A stretch of 64,000 bases of DNA from Chiloscyllium plagiosum (Eukaryota): NCBI RefSeq assembly GCF_004010195.1, contig NC_057719.1:40343323-40407322 (forward strand), given 5' to 3'. Positions 37,493 to 50,428 of this stretch are shown here, piece by piece (positions within the stretch are counted from its first letter, which is position 1; every line of letters begins with the position of its first letter). Both the position numbers and the translations under genes were made by a program. The notes under the pieces were generated by a model, which worked only from the letters and a program-made list of their open reading frames with translations, was not told the origin of the DNA and made no database searches.

Positions 37493-38520
37493 TAGAACAT
37501 AGAACATAGAAAATTACAGCACAGAATAGGCCCTTTGGCCCACAATGTTGTGCCGAGGATTAATCTTAATCTAAAATGAAATAACACAACCTGCGCACCA
37601 CTCAATTCACTGCTGTTCATGTGCATGTCCAGCAGTCGCTTAAATGTCCCTAATGACTCTCCTTTGACCACCACCGCTGGCAACGCATTCCATGCGTTCA
37701 CAACACTCTGCATAAAGAACCTACCTGTGATGTCTCCTTTACACTTTCCTTAGCATCTTTAAAACTGTGACCCCTCGTGGCAGTCAATCCTGCCCTGGGG
37801 AAAAGCCTCTGGCTATTGACTCTATCCATGCCTCTCATTACCTTGTACACCTCGATCTCTTCCTCTTCCTCTCCAGAGAGAAAAGTCCCAGCTTAGTCGA
37901 CCACTCTTTGTAAGACAAGCCCTCTGGTCCAGGCAGTATCCTGGCAAACCTCTTTTGCACCCTTTCCAAAGCCTTCGCATCTTTCTTCTAACTGGACAAC
38001 CACAAAATCTCCTGTTGGTCTAACTATCGAGTCCCCTACCACTAGTGCTTTTTTGTTCTCCCCCTACCCTTCTGAGCCTCAATGCTGCAGACCTGACAAC
38101 TCTGACTTCCCCTGGTAGGCTGTCCCCACCAGCAGTATCCAAAACGGTATACTTATTGCTGAGGGAAACAGCCACAGGGAATCTGTCAGTTCCCTTTCCT
38201 CCCCCTGACTGTGACACAGCTGTCCTTACCCTGTGTCTGAGGAGAGACCACATCCCTGTACATCCTCTCAATTTCCCCCTCAGCCACCCGGATGATCCAC
38301 AGCTCATCCAGCTCCAGTTCCCTAACTCGGTTTTTGAGGAGCTCGAGTTGGGTGCACTTCCTACAGATGTGGCCAGCGGAGACATGTCGTGTCCCGCAGC
38401 TGCCACATTCTGCAGGAGGAACATGCAACTGCCCTAACAGGTATACTCAGCTAATCTGAAAGCCCACACAGGACTAAACAAGGAAGAGAAAAAAGAAACC
38501 CGAAGAACTTACCGAGTTTA
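37493..38520 (-). mobile_element. CR1 sequence: ORF1 5' part joined to ORF2 3' end
   Basis: AECGSCG...HICRKC...SLSNKYTVLDT (38020-38428) directly upstream of SVVNAWNALP and an (atagaac)n end. Confidence 0.8.
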
Positions 38521-40419
38521 CACCCTTATTAAGGTTTGAGGAGGTGGATGGGAAGGAGACCCTATAGTGTAGACCCTACAGAACATTAAATGATTATGAA
38601 GTATATTTATTTTTAAGTGGATGAGATCTAAACCAGAGATCCTACAGTGTAGGGTCTCTGGTTTAGATGTCACCCACTTTCAATGATTATTAAGCATATT
38701 TATTTTTATGTTCTTCCCTTACTTGGCACCCATTGGAAGATTTAGCTGAGATTTTGTTTGTAGCATAGAAAGATTCAAGTAAAATTGCAAGGTAGGACAA
38801 TGGGCTAGATTTGAAGTATAATGTGCAAATCTAGAATTGTTTGCATGGATAGTAAATAGGCAAACCTTTATAGAGTGGACGTAAAAATACAAATGGCATT
38901 CTGCAAGGGGATACATTAAAAGAAGATTTTTGAATAATTATGTTATCGTAGTCTGAATGGCAATTCTTTTCATTGTTATTTTCTGATCGTTGCATGCAAC
39001 AAATCACTCAGTAAAGTGCAGCTACTGTGAAGGAAAACCTGCTGATGCTGCATTTAGTGCAAAAGTCCATGGTGCTATCAGACTTTGATTTTTTATTTTT
39101 AAATAAAATTGAAAGATTCTAAAACATCATTTTCAGTAAGCTTAGTATGAAAATTTACTTCAGTTTGCAATATATTTGCTTAAGGAATGTCTGTGGCATT
39201 AATTTAGTAATAGATAGAATTATAGAATTCCTGCAGTGCAAGTACGTTGTTGAAATAATCTTCAAATCTGCTTACCTGTCAATTTGTTTCCTTTTTGACA
39301 TTGGGAGAAATATCTCAAGGTGTGATCAATTAATCTGAATCTTCTGCGTAGCTGAGAGGGGTGGTTGACAGCTAATACTACCTGAAGCTGTTGTTCACTG
39401 TTGGATGTAGCTTCCAGTTAGCAACCTCATCTGTGGAAGGCAGACCCAGTTTCATTGTAACATAACTTGTCACATGCACCATACAAATCCAGCTAAGTAA
39501 TATAAACTTTGATTTTAGCCTTCAGTCATGATCTGCAAATGTAGAGACTGAATTTCTTTAAAGGTTTTTTTGCTGTCAAAGGCTTTGTCATTGATATGTG
39601 AATTGGAAATGCATTTGAGTGTTGCGCTAGATGTATGCCTCTGGGGATAACATCTTTATTTGTTTCAGTTTGTGTACCTCAAGTTATGTTAAAAAAATTT
39701 AAGCATTAAATGTTTTGAGAAGTTTGTATTTTGTTAATTTCAAAAGTGAATGGTGATGACAGTTTTTTGTAGTAAAATATTTATTGTAGAAGATTGTTTT
39801 TAAAAAAAATGCTGAATTGAGGACTTTTGCAATAGACCAGAAAATTTAGCATGAGTATATTTAATAAATAAAATTGTACAAAGGTTCATCAGTGACATGA
39901 CACTTGTGCATTTACGTGAATTACCAAAGTAAGATGACGTGCTAAAAATGACAATGTGGGGATTATTATATGGTCAGTGCTAGTTGTATGTTTCATGCAG
40001 CTTTTATGATATTTTGTAATCTTTCCCTTCCTTGCCTCAAATTTACTCTTCACCTTAGCTTCTGACAATCATTGACTGGTAGTATGATTTAATATTTGGC
40101 TTGTCAAGTCCATTGTGACTCCCTGCAAGGCCACTTTAGCTATTTCCATTCCCTAACCTTTCACTTGTCTTACACCATTCATGAATCAAAGAGGTGTTTT
40201 TCGTTGTCGTAGTTGAAATAGTCATTGAGAGTAGTCTTTGCTGTGGTAGTCTTCATTCTTGTGAGAGGATTTTTTGCTATGAGGTACTGTGCCTTTACCT
40301 TGATTGCTTTACCTACTCCTTAAACACAAATTAGATTTGACAGGAACTGTTGTATTTGGTAGCTTTTTGTGCCTCTGTATTTGATGGCTGTTTTTGTGGA
40401 ACCAAATTTCTAATTATTG

Positions 40420-41960
40420 ATTAAGTTTTGTGGTTGTTGACTTGCTTGCTGAGCTGGTAAGTTTGTTTGCAGAAGTTTTTGTCGCCATATTAAGTAACAT
40501 ACCACCGGTGAAGCAATGGTGTTCTGTCCCACTTGCTATTTATATGTGTCAATTTGCTGAGGTGGGTGGTATTATTTCAGGTTTTGTTTCTTAGTGGTTG
40601 GTATATGGAGTCTAACCCTGTATATTTGTTAATGGAGTTCTGGGTTGAATGCCAGGCCTCCAGAGATTCATATGCATGTATTTGTTTGGCTTGTCCTATA
40701 TTGTCCCAGTCGAATTGATGTCTTTCTTTGTCTGCGTGTATGGACATAAGTGATAGTTGTTCATGTCTGTTGGTTACGAGTTGGTGTTTGTGTACCCTGA
40801 TGGCTAGTTTCTTTTTCCAGTTTGCCCTATGTAATGTTTATGGCAGTCTTTACATGGTATTTTGATATTGGAAGCTGTAATGCCAAGACGAGAACGGACA
40901 GCCCTTCCCACTATCCAGCCAAAACTTTGGATCTGCTATGGGAATGACACCTTTTGTCATTACTAAACGTGCTCAACTCGAAGAAACCCATTAACTCATA
41001 AACAACATCCTTATGGGTATAAAATTCACCAAAGAAGAAGAGAACAACTGACTTTCCTTCCTGGATGTAATGGTCAAATGCAAGGCCAAAGCTGAGCTCC
41101 AGACTAGTGGATACAGGAAGGCCACAGATAAAATACTCAACTACAACAGCAACCAACCCAACACGCACAAACGGAGCTGCATCAGAACATTATTCAAGTG
41201 AGCCGTAACACACTGCAGCACCCTGGAGGTGTGCAAAGCCAAAGGACAACATCCATATGACATCTTCAAAAACAACGGTTACCCAAAAAGTGTAATTCGC
41301 CAGTACCTATACAACAGACCACAACAGGAAGCCAACATGCCTGGATATACTAGTCACCTTGCCATACACCAAGGACATATTGGAAATGGCCACCAGGCTA
41401 CTTTGACCCCTAAGCATCATGGTAGCTCACAAAACATCTGCACTAGGATAGCTACTGACAAGTTCTGATCCCATACCCACAAATAGCAGAACCAATGTTT
41501 ATGTACAAAATACCATGTTAAGACTGCCTCAAACATTACATAGGGCAAACTGGAAGAACATAGCCACCAGCGTACACTAGCACCATCTAGCCACCAAGAG
41601 ACATGATCAGCTATCACTTGTGCCCATACACATGGACAAAGAAGGACACCAATTCGACTGGGACAGTGTATCCATCCTAAGACAAGCCAAATAAAGACGC
41701 ATGGGAATTTCTGGAGGCCTAGCACTCAACTTGGAACTCTATAAACAATTATGTACGGTTGGAGCTGATATATCAAGAATACCAGAAATGTTGCTACCCA
41801 TCTTGGGATGCACAAATAGCAAGTGGGGCAGGATACCAATGCTTCACCAGAGGCGCACTGACGATACATAGTATGGTGACAAAATGTCTGCCAACAAACC
41901 TAGCAGCTCAGCAAGCAAATCAATGGCCTCATGCACAACCTGGGCTACAAATCGTCTCAT
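40420..41960 (+). mobile_element. Penelope-like element (family A-related) with a long inverted 5' copy of its 3' end, degenerate
   Basis: IKFTKEEENN.LSFLDV RT end and KIPC.DC.KHYIGQTGR GIY-YIG. ~40420-40870 is a diverged reverse complement of ~41500-41930. Confidence 0.85.
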
Positions 41961-43259
41961 TAAATTTTGTTTTCTGTAATTATTTTTGGATCCCTTTTCA
42001 ACTTATCCATGTGTCTTTAAGAGTTGTGATTTCAATTATTTAATATGGAACTAATTTTGGGATCTCATTCCTCCACCAGTTTTTCTATCTTTGCAGTCTT
42101 TAGTAAACAGGTCCTGAACCCTTACTTTTGCAGATAAAAATGAGGTGACATATTGACAACCCACCCATGCTGAGTATAAACATTTTTTGATATACTTTTG
42201 GAATAAAATTGAGTTTTCCAATTTATAAACAATAAAAAGATAATTAATTCTATTTTTAAATAGTGATACTTTGTAACTGCACATGGATTATAACTTATGA
42301 ACGTGTATTCATTCTAAGTTGCCAGCAGGGCACTGATATAGAAAATGATTTTCTTTTCATCATGTTTTACATACTGTGGGGTAAATTTTCCATTAAGCAG
42401 CCATTCATGTCATTCTTGCTGAGTTCGCTGTCACTGAAAAATCAAATGTAAGAAGAATGTTTCTATTCTTGGAAAGCGCTGGACAAAATGCAATGAGTGG
42501 ACTTAAATATTCTTCACTGCCACTATCTGTGGCAGTCGTCAGTGTCTCAAGTGTTCAAACCATATTTGCCTTCAGGCAATTTTCACTATGTTAATACTGT
42601 GGAACGCATAAAAGATGAGTCCTGAATTTGTAAATTGCTCCTTTACATTTCCACAAAAATTCCAGTGCTTTATACCTGATCTATGAGGGAAGGCAGGTTA
42701 AAGAGTAGATATAGTGGTAGATATTAAACTATTCAGGATATATCAAACAGTTGCAGCACAGTGATTAAGAAGAAACCTGTCACGCAGACCCACCATCCAT
42801 GCTTAACTAGAAAGGTTAAAACATATTATTAAACTTAAGGAAAAAGCATATGCGCAAAGGCCGGTGTTAAAAGGGAAGAAAATCAGAGTGAAAGAGAAAA
42901 CTAACCAGAAATATAAAAGCATGCAGTTTCTCTAAATAGGTAAAGAAGGAAAGAATGAACCAAGTGAGTTAGGTTCAATATAAAATCTATCCAGAGAATT
43001 GTTGATGAAAACAGAAATGGCACAAGAATTAAATACGTATTGCATCAGTCTTTACACAGCATAGAAGCCAAATCCCAAAAGCTGCTATAAATCAGGAAAT
43101 CAAAGCAAGGAAGGAACTTGGGCAATTCACAACACCAGAGATGTGATACTGAGAAATTTCTTAGAGTTGTAGGCTGGCAAATACCTGAGTAAAGATGGTT
43201 TTCATTTGGGATGTTAAAAAAATTGTGTTTTCCCCATATTGTATCTCTCATACCAGATC

Positions 43260-44270
43260 TTGCACCTAGCACATTACCCTGAGGAACTCCTGCACAGATG
43301 TTCTGGGATTAAGATGATTGATATCCAACTATGACCGTCTTCTTGTGTGCCAAGGATGACTCTAACCAGCAGAGGGTTGTCCCTGATTCCCATTAATTCC
43401 AGTTTTGCTAGGATTCCTTCATGCTACATCAGAAGAATGTCAAGGGCTGTCACTGTCATGTCACCTCTGGAATTTAACTTGAACCAAAGCCATAATGTGG
43501 TCAGGAGCTGAGCAGGTTATTGCTGAGCAGGTGCTGCATGATAGCACTATTGATGATCCTTTCTAATACTTTACTGATGATCAAGAGTTGACTGATGGGG
43601 TGATAATTGACTGAGTTGGTTTGCTTCTGCTTTTGTACAGGGCATACTTGGGTAATTTTCCACAATGTTGGGTAAATGCCAGTGTCGTTACTGTGCTGGA
43701 AGAGCTTGGCTAGGGGAGGGCAAGCAATTATACCTGATCTAGCAGCTGTGTACTTTAAGATCTGACAATCAACGAGTAGTGCTGCCGCAAAGCTGCTCTT
43801 TGTGGTGGATGTTGAAATTCCCCATCTGGAGTACATTTTGTGTCCTTGCCACCCGCTGCCTCTTCCAAGTGTTGCACAACATGGAGGAGCATTGGTTCAT
43901 CAGCTAGGGAGGATGATCCGTGGTAGTCAACAGGAGGTTTCTTTACCTGTGTTTAACCTGAAGTCTCATGGCTTCATGGGATCCAGAATCAATATTGAGG
44001 ACTTCCAGTGCAACTCCTTCCCAACTATACACAACTGTGCCACCCCTCTGCTGATCTGTCCGACAGGTGAACAGGACATATCCAGGTGATAGTGGTATCT
44101 GGGACATAGGCATACATATGGAGTCATACCTTACAGATGATGTCGGACTGTTGCTTGACTATTTTGTGAGACAGCTCTCCCAGTTTTGGCACTCACCCCC
44201 AAATGTAAGTAAGGAGAACTTTGCAGGGTCGATAGGGCAGCTTCTCTCCTTGTCTTTTCTGGTGCATAGG
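43260..44270 (-). mobile_element. CR1/L2-group LINE fragment (endonuclease to RT start)
   Basis: PLAKLFQHS..TGIYPTLWKITQVCPV...NYHPISQLLIISKVLERIIN. Confidence 0.75.
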
Positions 44271-45412
44271 TCATAGAGTCATAGAACTATACAGAATGGA
44301 AACAGACCCTTTGGTCCAAATCGTCCATGTCAACTAGATATCCTAAATTAATTTAGTCCCATTTGCTAGCGTTTGGCTCATATCCCTCTAAACCCTTCCT
44401 ATTCAGATCCCATCCAGATGTCTTTTAAATGTTGTTTCCATCTGATTTCATTTTTATGCTGAGACTTTGTAGTGATCGATACAGCTGAGAGAGTCAACCA
44501 CATTGCTGTGGGTCTGCAATCACATATACTCCAGACCAGGTGAGGATGTTACATTAGTGAGCCAGATGGAACTTTCTGACAATCGACAATGGTTTCATGC
44601 AGCAGTGGATTCTTAATTCCAGGTATATTTTATTGAATTCAAATGCTCCCAAATGCTATTGCAGGATTTGAATCTCAGTCCCCAGAATGTTAGCTGATTA
44701 TCTGGGTTAATAGCCCGGTGATAATACCACTCGGCTGTTGTGAGGATCTCAAATCTGGATTTAGGCAGTTGTCAGAGGCAATGAATTAATGCATGCTTTT
44801 ACTAACTACAAATGGCTTCTTAATGCAAGTAACATAACAAAATGGCTTATAGGAGCAAATTAATAATTCTTTTCATAATGGCATCTAACTCTGCTGAAAG
44901 CTGCATTACTGAACTAATTGAAAGAGATTAGCAAACAATGCTGTGTTCATTGTATGAATTAACTAAGTAAGGTATGACATTATTAAAGTATCCTAAACTG
45001 CCCTTGGAAAACAGATGTCCCAGAGAGAAAGACACACAAAACAAGTCAGTTCCCAGGAAATAATCGTTGGCTTAATTTTATGTCTGTTTGTCATTTTATT
45101 TCATTTTATTGGATTAATTTTGCAATTAAAGCTGTTCTGTTTGTTAAGAGACCTATAAATTTGTCTGTTTTAAGCTAAAGTGTGCAGCTTTTCCAGAGTA
45201 CACAGAGGTGCTTAAACCATGTGTTGCTAGATAACCTATGCCTGGCATTGTAATAAGTTGTTAAATCTTGTTGAACCAGACCGAGCTGCGAATGTTTATT
45301 TGACCGATCGCGAAACCAAGAGGCCCTTCCCGAGTATCTGGATCTCCAATTGCCCCGCCAAGAACATAAAAGTTGGTCTAGGCAATCTTAATTCCAGATT
45401 TTCTTTGAATTA

Positions 45413-46660
45413 AACTTGATTGAGTTTTTTGAGGAAGTAATGAAGAGGATTGATGGGGGCAGAGCAGTAGATGTGATCTATATGGACTTCAGTAAGGTGT
45501 TCGACAAGGTTCCCCATGGGAGACTGATTAGCAAGGTTAGATCTCTTGGAATACAGGGAGAACTAGCCATTTGAATACCGAACTGGCACAAAGGTAGAAG
45601 ACAGAGGGTGGTGGTGGAGGGTTGTTTTTCAGACTGGAGGCCTGTGACCAGTGGAGTGCCGCAAGGATCGGTGCTGGGTCCTCTACTTTTTGTCATTTAC
45701 ATAAATGATTTGGATGTGAGCATAAGAGGTACAGTTAGTAAGTTTGCAGATTACACCAATATTGGAGCTGTAGTGGACAGCAAAGAGGGTTACCTCAGAT
45801 TACAACAGGATCTTGACCAGATGGGTCAATGGGCTGAGACGTGGCAGGTGGAGTTTAATTTAGATAAATGTGAGGTGCTGCATTTTGGGAAAGCAAGTCT
45901 TAGCAGGACGTGTACATTTAATGGTAAGGTCCTAGGCAGTGTTGCTGAACAAAGAGACCTTGGAGTGCAGGTTCATAGTTCCTTGAAAGTGGAGTTGCAG
46001 GTAGATAGGATAGTGAAGAAGGCGTTTGGTATGCTTTCCTTTATTGGTCAGAATATGGAGTACAGGAGTTGGGAGGTCATGTTGCTGCTGTACAGGACAT
46101 TGGTTAAGCCACTGTTGGAATATTGCGTGCAATTCTGGTCTTCCTATTGGAAAAATGTTGTGAAACTTGAAAGGGTTCAGAAAAGATTTACAACAATGTT
46201 GCCAGGGTTGGAGTATTTGAGTTATAGGGAGAGGCTGAACAGGCTGGGGCTGTTTCCCCTGGAGCATCGGAGGCTGAGGGGTGACATTACAGAGGTTCAC
46301 AAAATTATGAGGGGCATGAATAGGTTAAATAGGCAAAGTCTTTTCCCTGGGGTGGGTGAGTCCAGAACTAGAGGGCATAGGTTTAGGGTGAGAGGGGAAA
46401 GATATAAAAGAGACCTAAGGGGCAACTTATTCACGTAGAGGGTGGTACGTGTATGGAATGAGCTGACAGAGGATGTGGTGGAGGCTGGTACAATTGCAAC
46501 ATTTAAGAGACATTTGGATTGGTATATGAATAGGAAAGGTTTGGAGGGATATGGGCCGAGTGCTGACAGGTGGGACTAGATTGGGTTGGGATATCTGTCG
46601 GCATGGACTGGTTGGACGGAAGGTTCTGTTTCCATGCTATACATCTCCATAACTCTATTA
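45413..46660 (+). mobile_element. CR1 LINE ORF2 3' half, relatively young
   Basis: 276-aa ORF with [24 protein letters not shown]...KFADY, plus the 3' UTR. Confidence 0.95.
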
Positions 46661-47837
46661 TTGCACAAATGCCGATGAATGGGTTTTATCTTGTGACTAC
46701 TACAGAGACATGGTTACAAGGAAATCAAAGGTGAGAGCAAAATATTCAGAGGTATGTGACTATGGAGAGGAAAGAGCATGGAATAAGAACAATAGTAAGA
46801 AATACCTTGAATTGGAAGTAGTAGAATCCATTTGGGTGAGGTAAGACATAAAAAGGGGAAGAAGACACTGGTAGGAATTGTGTAAATGCCTTCGAACAAT
46901 ACCTATACAGTTTGAACAGGAGGAACTTAGATCAGAAACAATAAGCTTAAGTGATAATATCTGCAAAAAGAATGTGGGCAGAGCTGACTGGAGTGGACTG
47001 GGAAAGCAGTTTGCAGTAAAACCAGTTGAGGGGTAATGGCAGACATTTTAAGAAAATAGTTCATGGCTCACAGCAAATAAATATTTCAGTGAGGAATGAC
47101 CTGTACTTGAAGGTGTTTTTATTGAAATATGCAAGATTCTTTGAGGATTTGACAGGGTAGAATGTGGAGCGATTTTTCCTTATGTGAGAGTCTTGAACCC
47201 GAGGCCTCAATCTCAAAAAAAGTAGTTGCCTATTTAAAGTAGAGATGAGGAATTTGTTCTCTGGAAGTAGAGAGTTTGTGGCATTCTTGAACACAGAAAA
47301 CTGTCGAGGCCCTGGTGTTCAGTATATTCGAAGCTTTTTTAATCAGTAAGGGACTCAATGGTTCTGGGTAGAAGGCAGGAAAATGGAGTTGAGGTTTATC
47401 AGATCAGCCCTTGATCTCATTATAGTGGAGCAAATTCAGTGGGCTGTAGAACATACCTCTGCTCCTACCTCTTAGTCTGAATCAGCTGAGTGATGTGCCT
47501 AGTTACATTGCATATCCATCTGGTTACTGAACTTTGTATTCTGCTTTGCGCGATTTCTGAAATTAATAACTTTACAATAATAAAATGCAATGGTGTCTAC
47601 TTGCATACTATATTGATAACTAACCGTTGGTGTTATGGCGTTAGCAGGCATGTGGTAGCAAATTTATATTGCATTGTTTTCTATTTTATTTATCAGAATA
47701 TTCTATGAAGTTTGAAACTGTTAATCTTTTTCTTCTTCTTTCTCCAAACCACAATTCCAATTTAACCAAGGTATCATCTGCTTCAACAAGTTGCACGAAG
47801 GGCAGACAGGTGTGATTCTTTCCATGACCAAATCTTC

Positions 47838-48180
47838 TGGAATACTGTGTATAGTTCTGCTCCCCCAATTATAGGAAGGATGTTATTAAGACGAGATGGT
47901 TCAGAAGTTTTTTACCAGGATATTGCTGGGTATGGAAGGTTTCAATTATAAAGAAAAGCTAGATAGACGAACTTTTTTTTCCACTGGAGCATAGGAGGCT
48001 GAGAGATGACCTTCTAGACGTTTATGAAATCATGAGGGGTATTGATAGGGTTAATGGTAGATTTTTTTCTCCCCCTAGGATGAGGGCCAAGAGCAAGCAG
48101 GTGGGATTAGTTTAGTTTGGGATTATGTTCGGCATGGACTGGCTGGACCAAAAGATCTGTTTCTGTGTGACTCAATGACT
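47838..48180 (+). mobile_element. CR1 LINE 3' fragment
   Basis: EYCV.FCSP.YRKDVIK-like sequence and 3' UTR. Confidence 0.8.
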
Positions 48181-48554
48181 TGATGATAGGAAAATAGTAG
48201 TCTGGACTTTTAAGCAGTGCCTTGTTGCAATTCAGTCTGGTTTGCCAAGTCTGCTGGATTTCAAAATAATATTGAAGCCCAAAATACTATTAGTGATTCT
48301 TCATCTTGGAATGTGCGGCTGAGGCATCCCCACATTGCAGGGAATGGAAAGTCATTGATGTGAGGAGAATTTCCATTATTCGTCTCACTGTAAATACTTC
48401 TGGAGAAAGCTGTTGAGTAAGATGAGATGTATTACTGGTCTGCTAATTTGATAATTGCTTGAGCAACCGGTGGCTCCCCACTTGACTCCTCAAGGAGTCT
48501 CTGCTATCTACCAGTCACCAGGAGGTGTGTGATAGAAAACTCTCCCATTGTCTT

Positions 48555-48725
48555 GGAAACACACAGCAGGTCAGGCAGCATCCGAGGATCAGGAGAATCA
48601 GCAATAAAGGGCTTAAGCCCGAAACATTCATTCTCTTTGTTCCTCAGATGCTGCATGACATGCTGTGTCTTTCCAGTATCACACACTTGACTCTGATCTC
48701 CATCATCGGCAGCCTTCACCTTTTT
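48555..48725. mobile_element. Short PLE family C insertion with inverted segment and partial hammerhead
   Basis: cacagcaggtcaggcagcatccgagga is inverted to tcctcagatgctgcatgacatgctgtg. Contains agggcttaagcccGAAA. Confidence 0.75.
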
Positions 48726-49500
48726 TTCCCTCTCCCATTGTTTCGATGAATATAGCTCTAACAATATTGTAGCTTGACATCTTTTCAGAACAGAGCAGCC
48801 TGTTTGGCCTACACCTGTCCAGCACCGTAACAGTTCACTCTTTCTGCTTCCAAAGCAGAGACAGCAGCATATAACATGCAAGATGCATTGTACCAATCTG
48901 TAGCTTGCTGACCTGTAGCCTTTAGCAGGTACAAGGAAACCCAACTACAAGCTCCCCTCCAAGCTATACAGCATCTTGAGTTTAAAATATGTTGTTGTTC
49001 TTTCAGTGCTGCTGGGTTAATATTCTCAAAATACCTAACATCATGTTGGTATACCTTCACTAGATGCACTACAGTGCTTCAACTAGGTGGCTCATTGCCA
49101 CCACTTCAGCAGTTACGACTGAACAACAATTCTAGTATTACCAGCAATGTTCACGTTCCATAAAAGAATAAAAACAAACATCCTTAAGTGGTCTGAAAGA
49201 CTATTTGGTGAAATGTCAAATGTCTTCATAATGCAAGCAGTTCCACATTCTTTTGGAAGTTTTTTCTTTTTGGTGTTTGCAAGTTATACTTTTGAGAAAT
49301 GTGCTCTCAGACCTTGTAACGTGATGATTTATTATACAATACTAGGTATAATTCAGTATGGTTTATGTGGAAGAATGCATATTCAAGGTTATGCTTATGG
49401 CAGTGATTAGAAACTCAACTATCTAGAAGTCTATCTAAAATTGCCAAGTTAACAATTTGAGTAAATATTTGAGCATTAGCAATCCTTTTCTTTGTTTCAG

Positions 49501-49601
49501 CTGTGAATTAGAAGAGCAGGTGACTGAAGGTGAACACGTAAACAGCTCCAGAGATCAAAAGGAGCCGCAAAACACTCACTGCGAGGCTTTACCTGAAGCA
49601 G
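49501..49601 (+). CDS. TDRD9: Probable TDRD9 coding exon 2
   Basis: Strong acceptor ttttctttgtttcag|C and donor CAG|gtatga. 101 nt, phase 2 in and phase 1 out, which joins exon 1 and exon 3 in frame (CELEEQVTEGEHVNSSRDQKEPQNTHCEALPEA). Little recognisable protein similarity. Confidence 0.7.
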
Positions 49602-50428
49602 GTATGATAGAATTGTTTTGTGTAAAGTGATAAATGGTGAAGTTCAATTGAGGTATATTTGAGGTCATTAATATTGCACTAAATTTTTCAGCTGATGCAG
49701 ATGACTACAAACAGATTCATCTATTACAGCATGTAGTTGTGAAGTTGCTGCACAGATACATGGCAGCTGGAATATTTATAAAAATCATTAAAATAAAACT
49801 GCCGTCTAAGAATATTTTTTATGGATGTAGTAATCATTGTGCATGTTTTGACAAGTCCAGTCTGAACTGCAAATAAATGTTAGTGGCCTCTGATTCAAAC
49901 TTTGATAAAACCAATTGTAATGTAGAATGACCACATGATCTTTCCTTCATTCTTCTTTTCTTTCCACTCCTTTCGACACAATGCTGCAGTTGCCAAATAA
50001 ATCTCGATGACGATTGGAAAAATCCCTGTAAAATATTGCAGGATGGAATAGAATTTATTGGATATTCCTAATATTTGATTTTATCTTTTGTGTGTGAAAC
50101 TTTTCATCTGTGAATCATGTGTAAAGCCTAATTTTTTTATTACTTATATTTGTGTTAATTTTCCACTTAATTTCTCATGTCCATATTTTAGATCGAAAAT
50201 GTCAGTATAAACTTGTCAATTAGTGATTTCTGTATTTGCTTGTTGTGCTATTATGAAGCCACTTCTCTCAAGCATAATCTTGCAGCACTGCAAATTTTTT
50301 TATCTTGTTCTCAGGTACGTAGTTCTAATTTTATATTGCACACTTGAAGTTTTTTGCCTTTGTCTTTGTCCTCAAAGATTTTCTTTGAGCATTTCTCTCT
50401 TCCTTCTCGTTGCTACTTGGTTGAACAT

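Noticed and set aside
39276..39430. Minus-strand exon-like segment with ccttccacag acceptor and CAG|gtaag donor, with a faint EQQLQV resemblance to RD3L
   Set aside because: All three frames from the acceptor hit stops. At most a non-coding exon; no support without RNA data.
39980..40150. Minus-strand LKWP and RERLQNII resembling RD3L exon 1
   Set aside because: Several stops and only scattered identities; chance cannot be excluded.
47686..47830. Minus-strand MIPWLNWN resembling the RD3 N-terminus
   Set aside because: Stops after about 18 codons with no downstream similarity.
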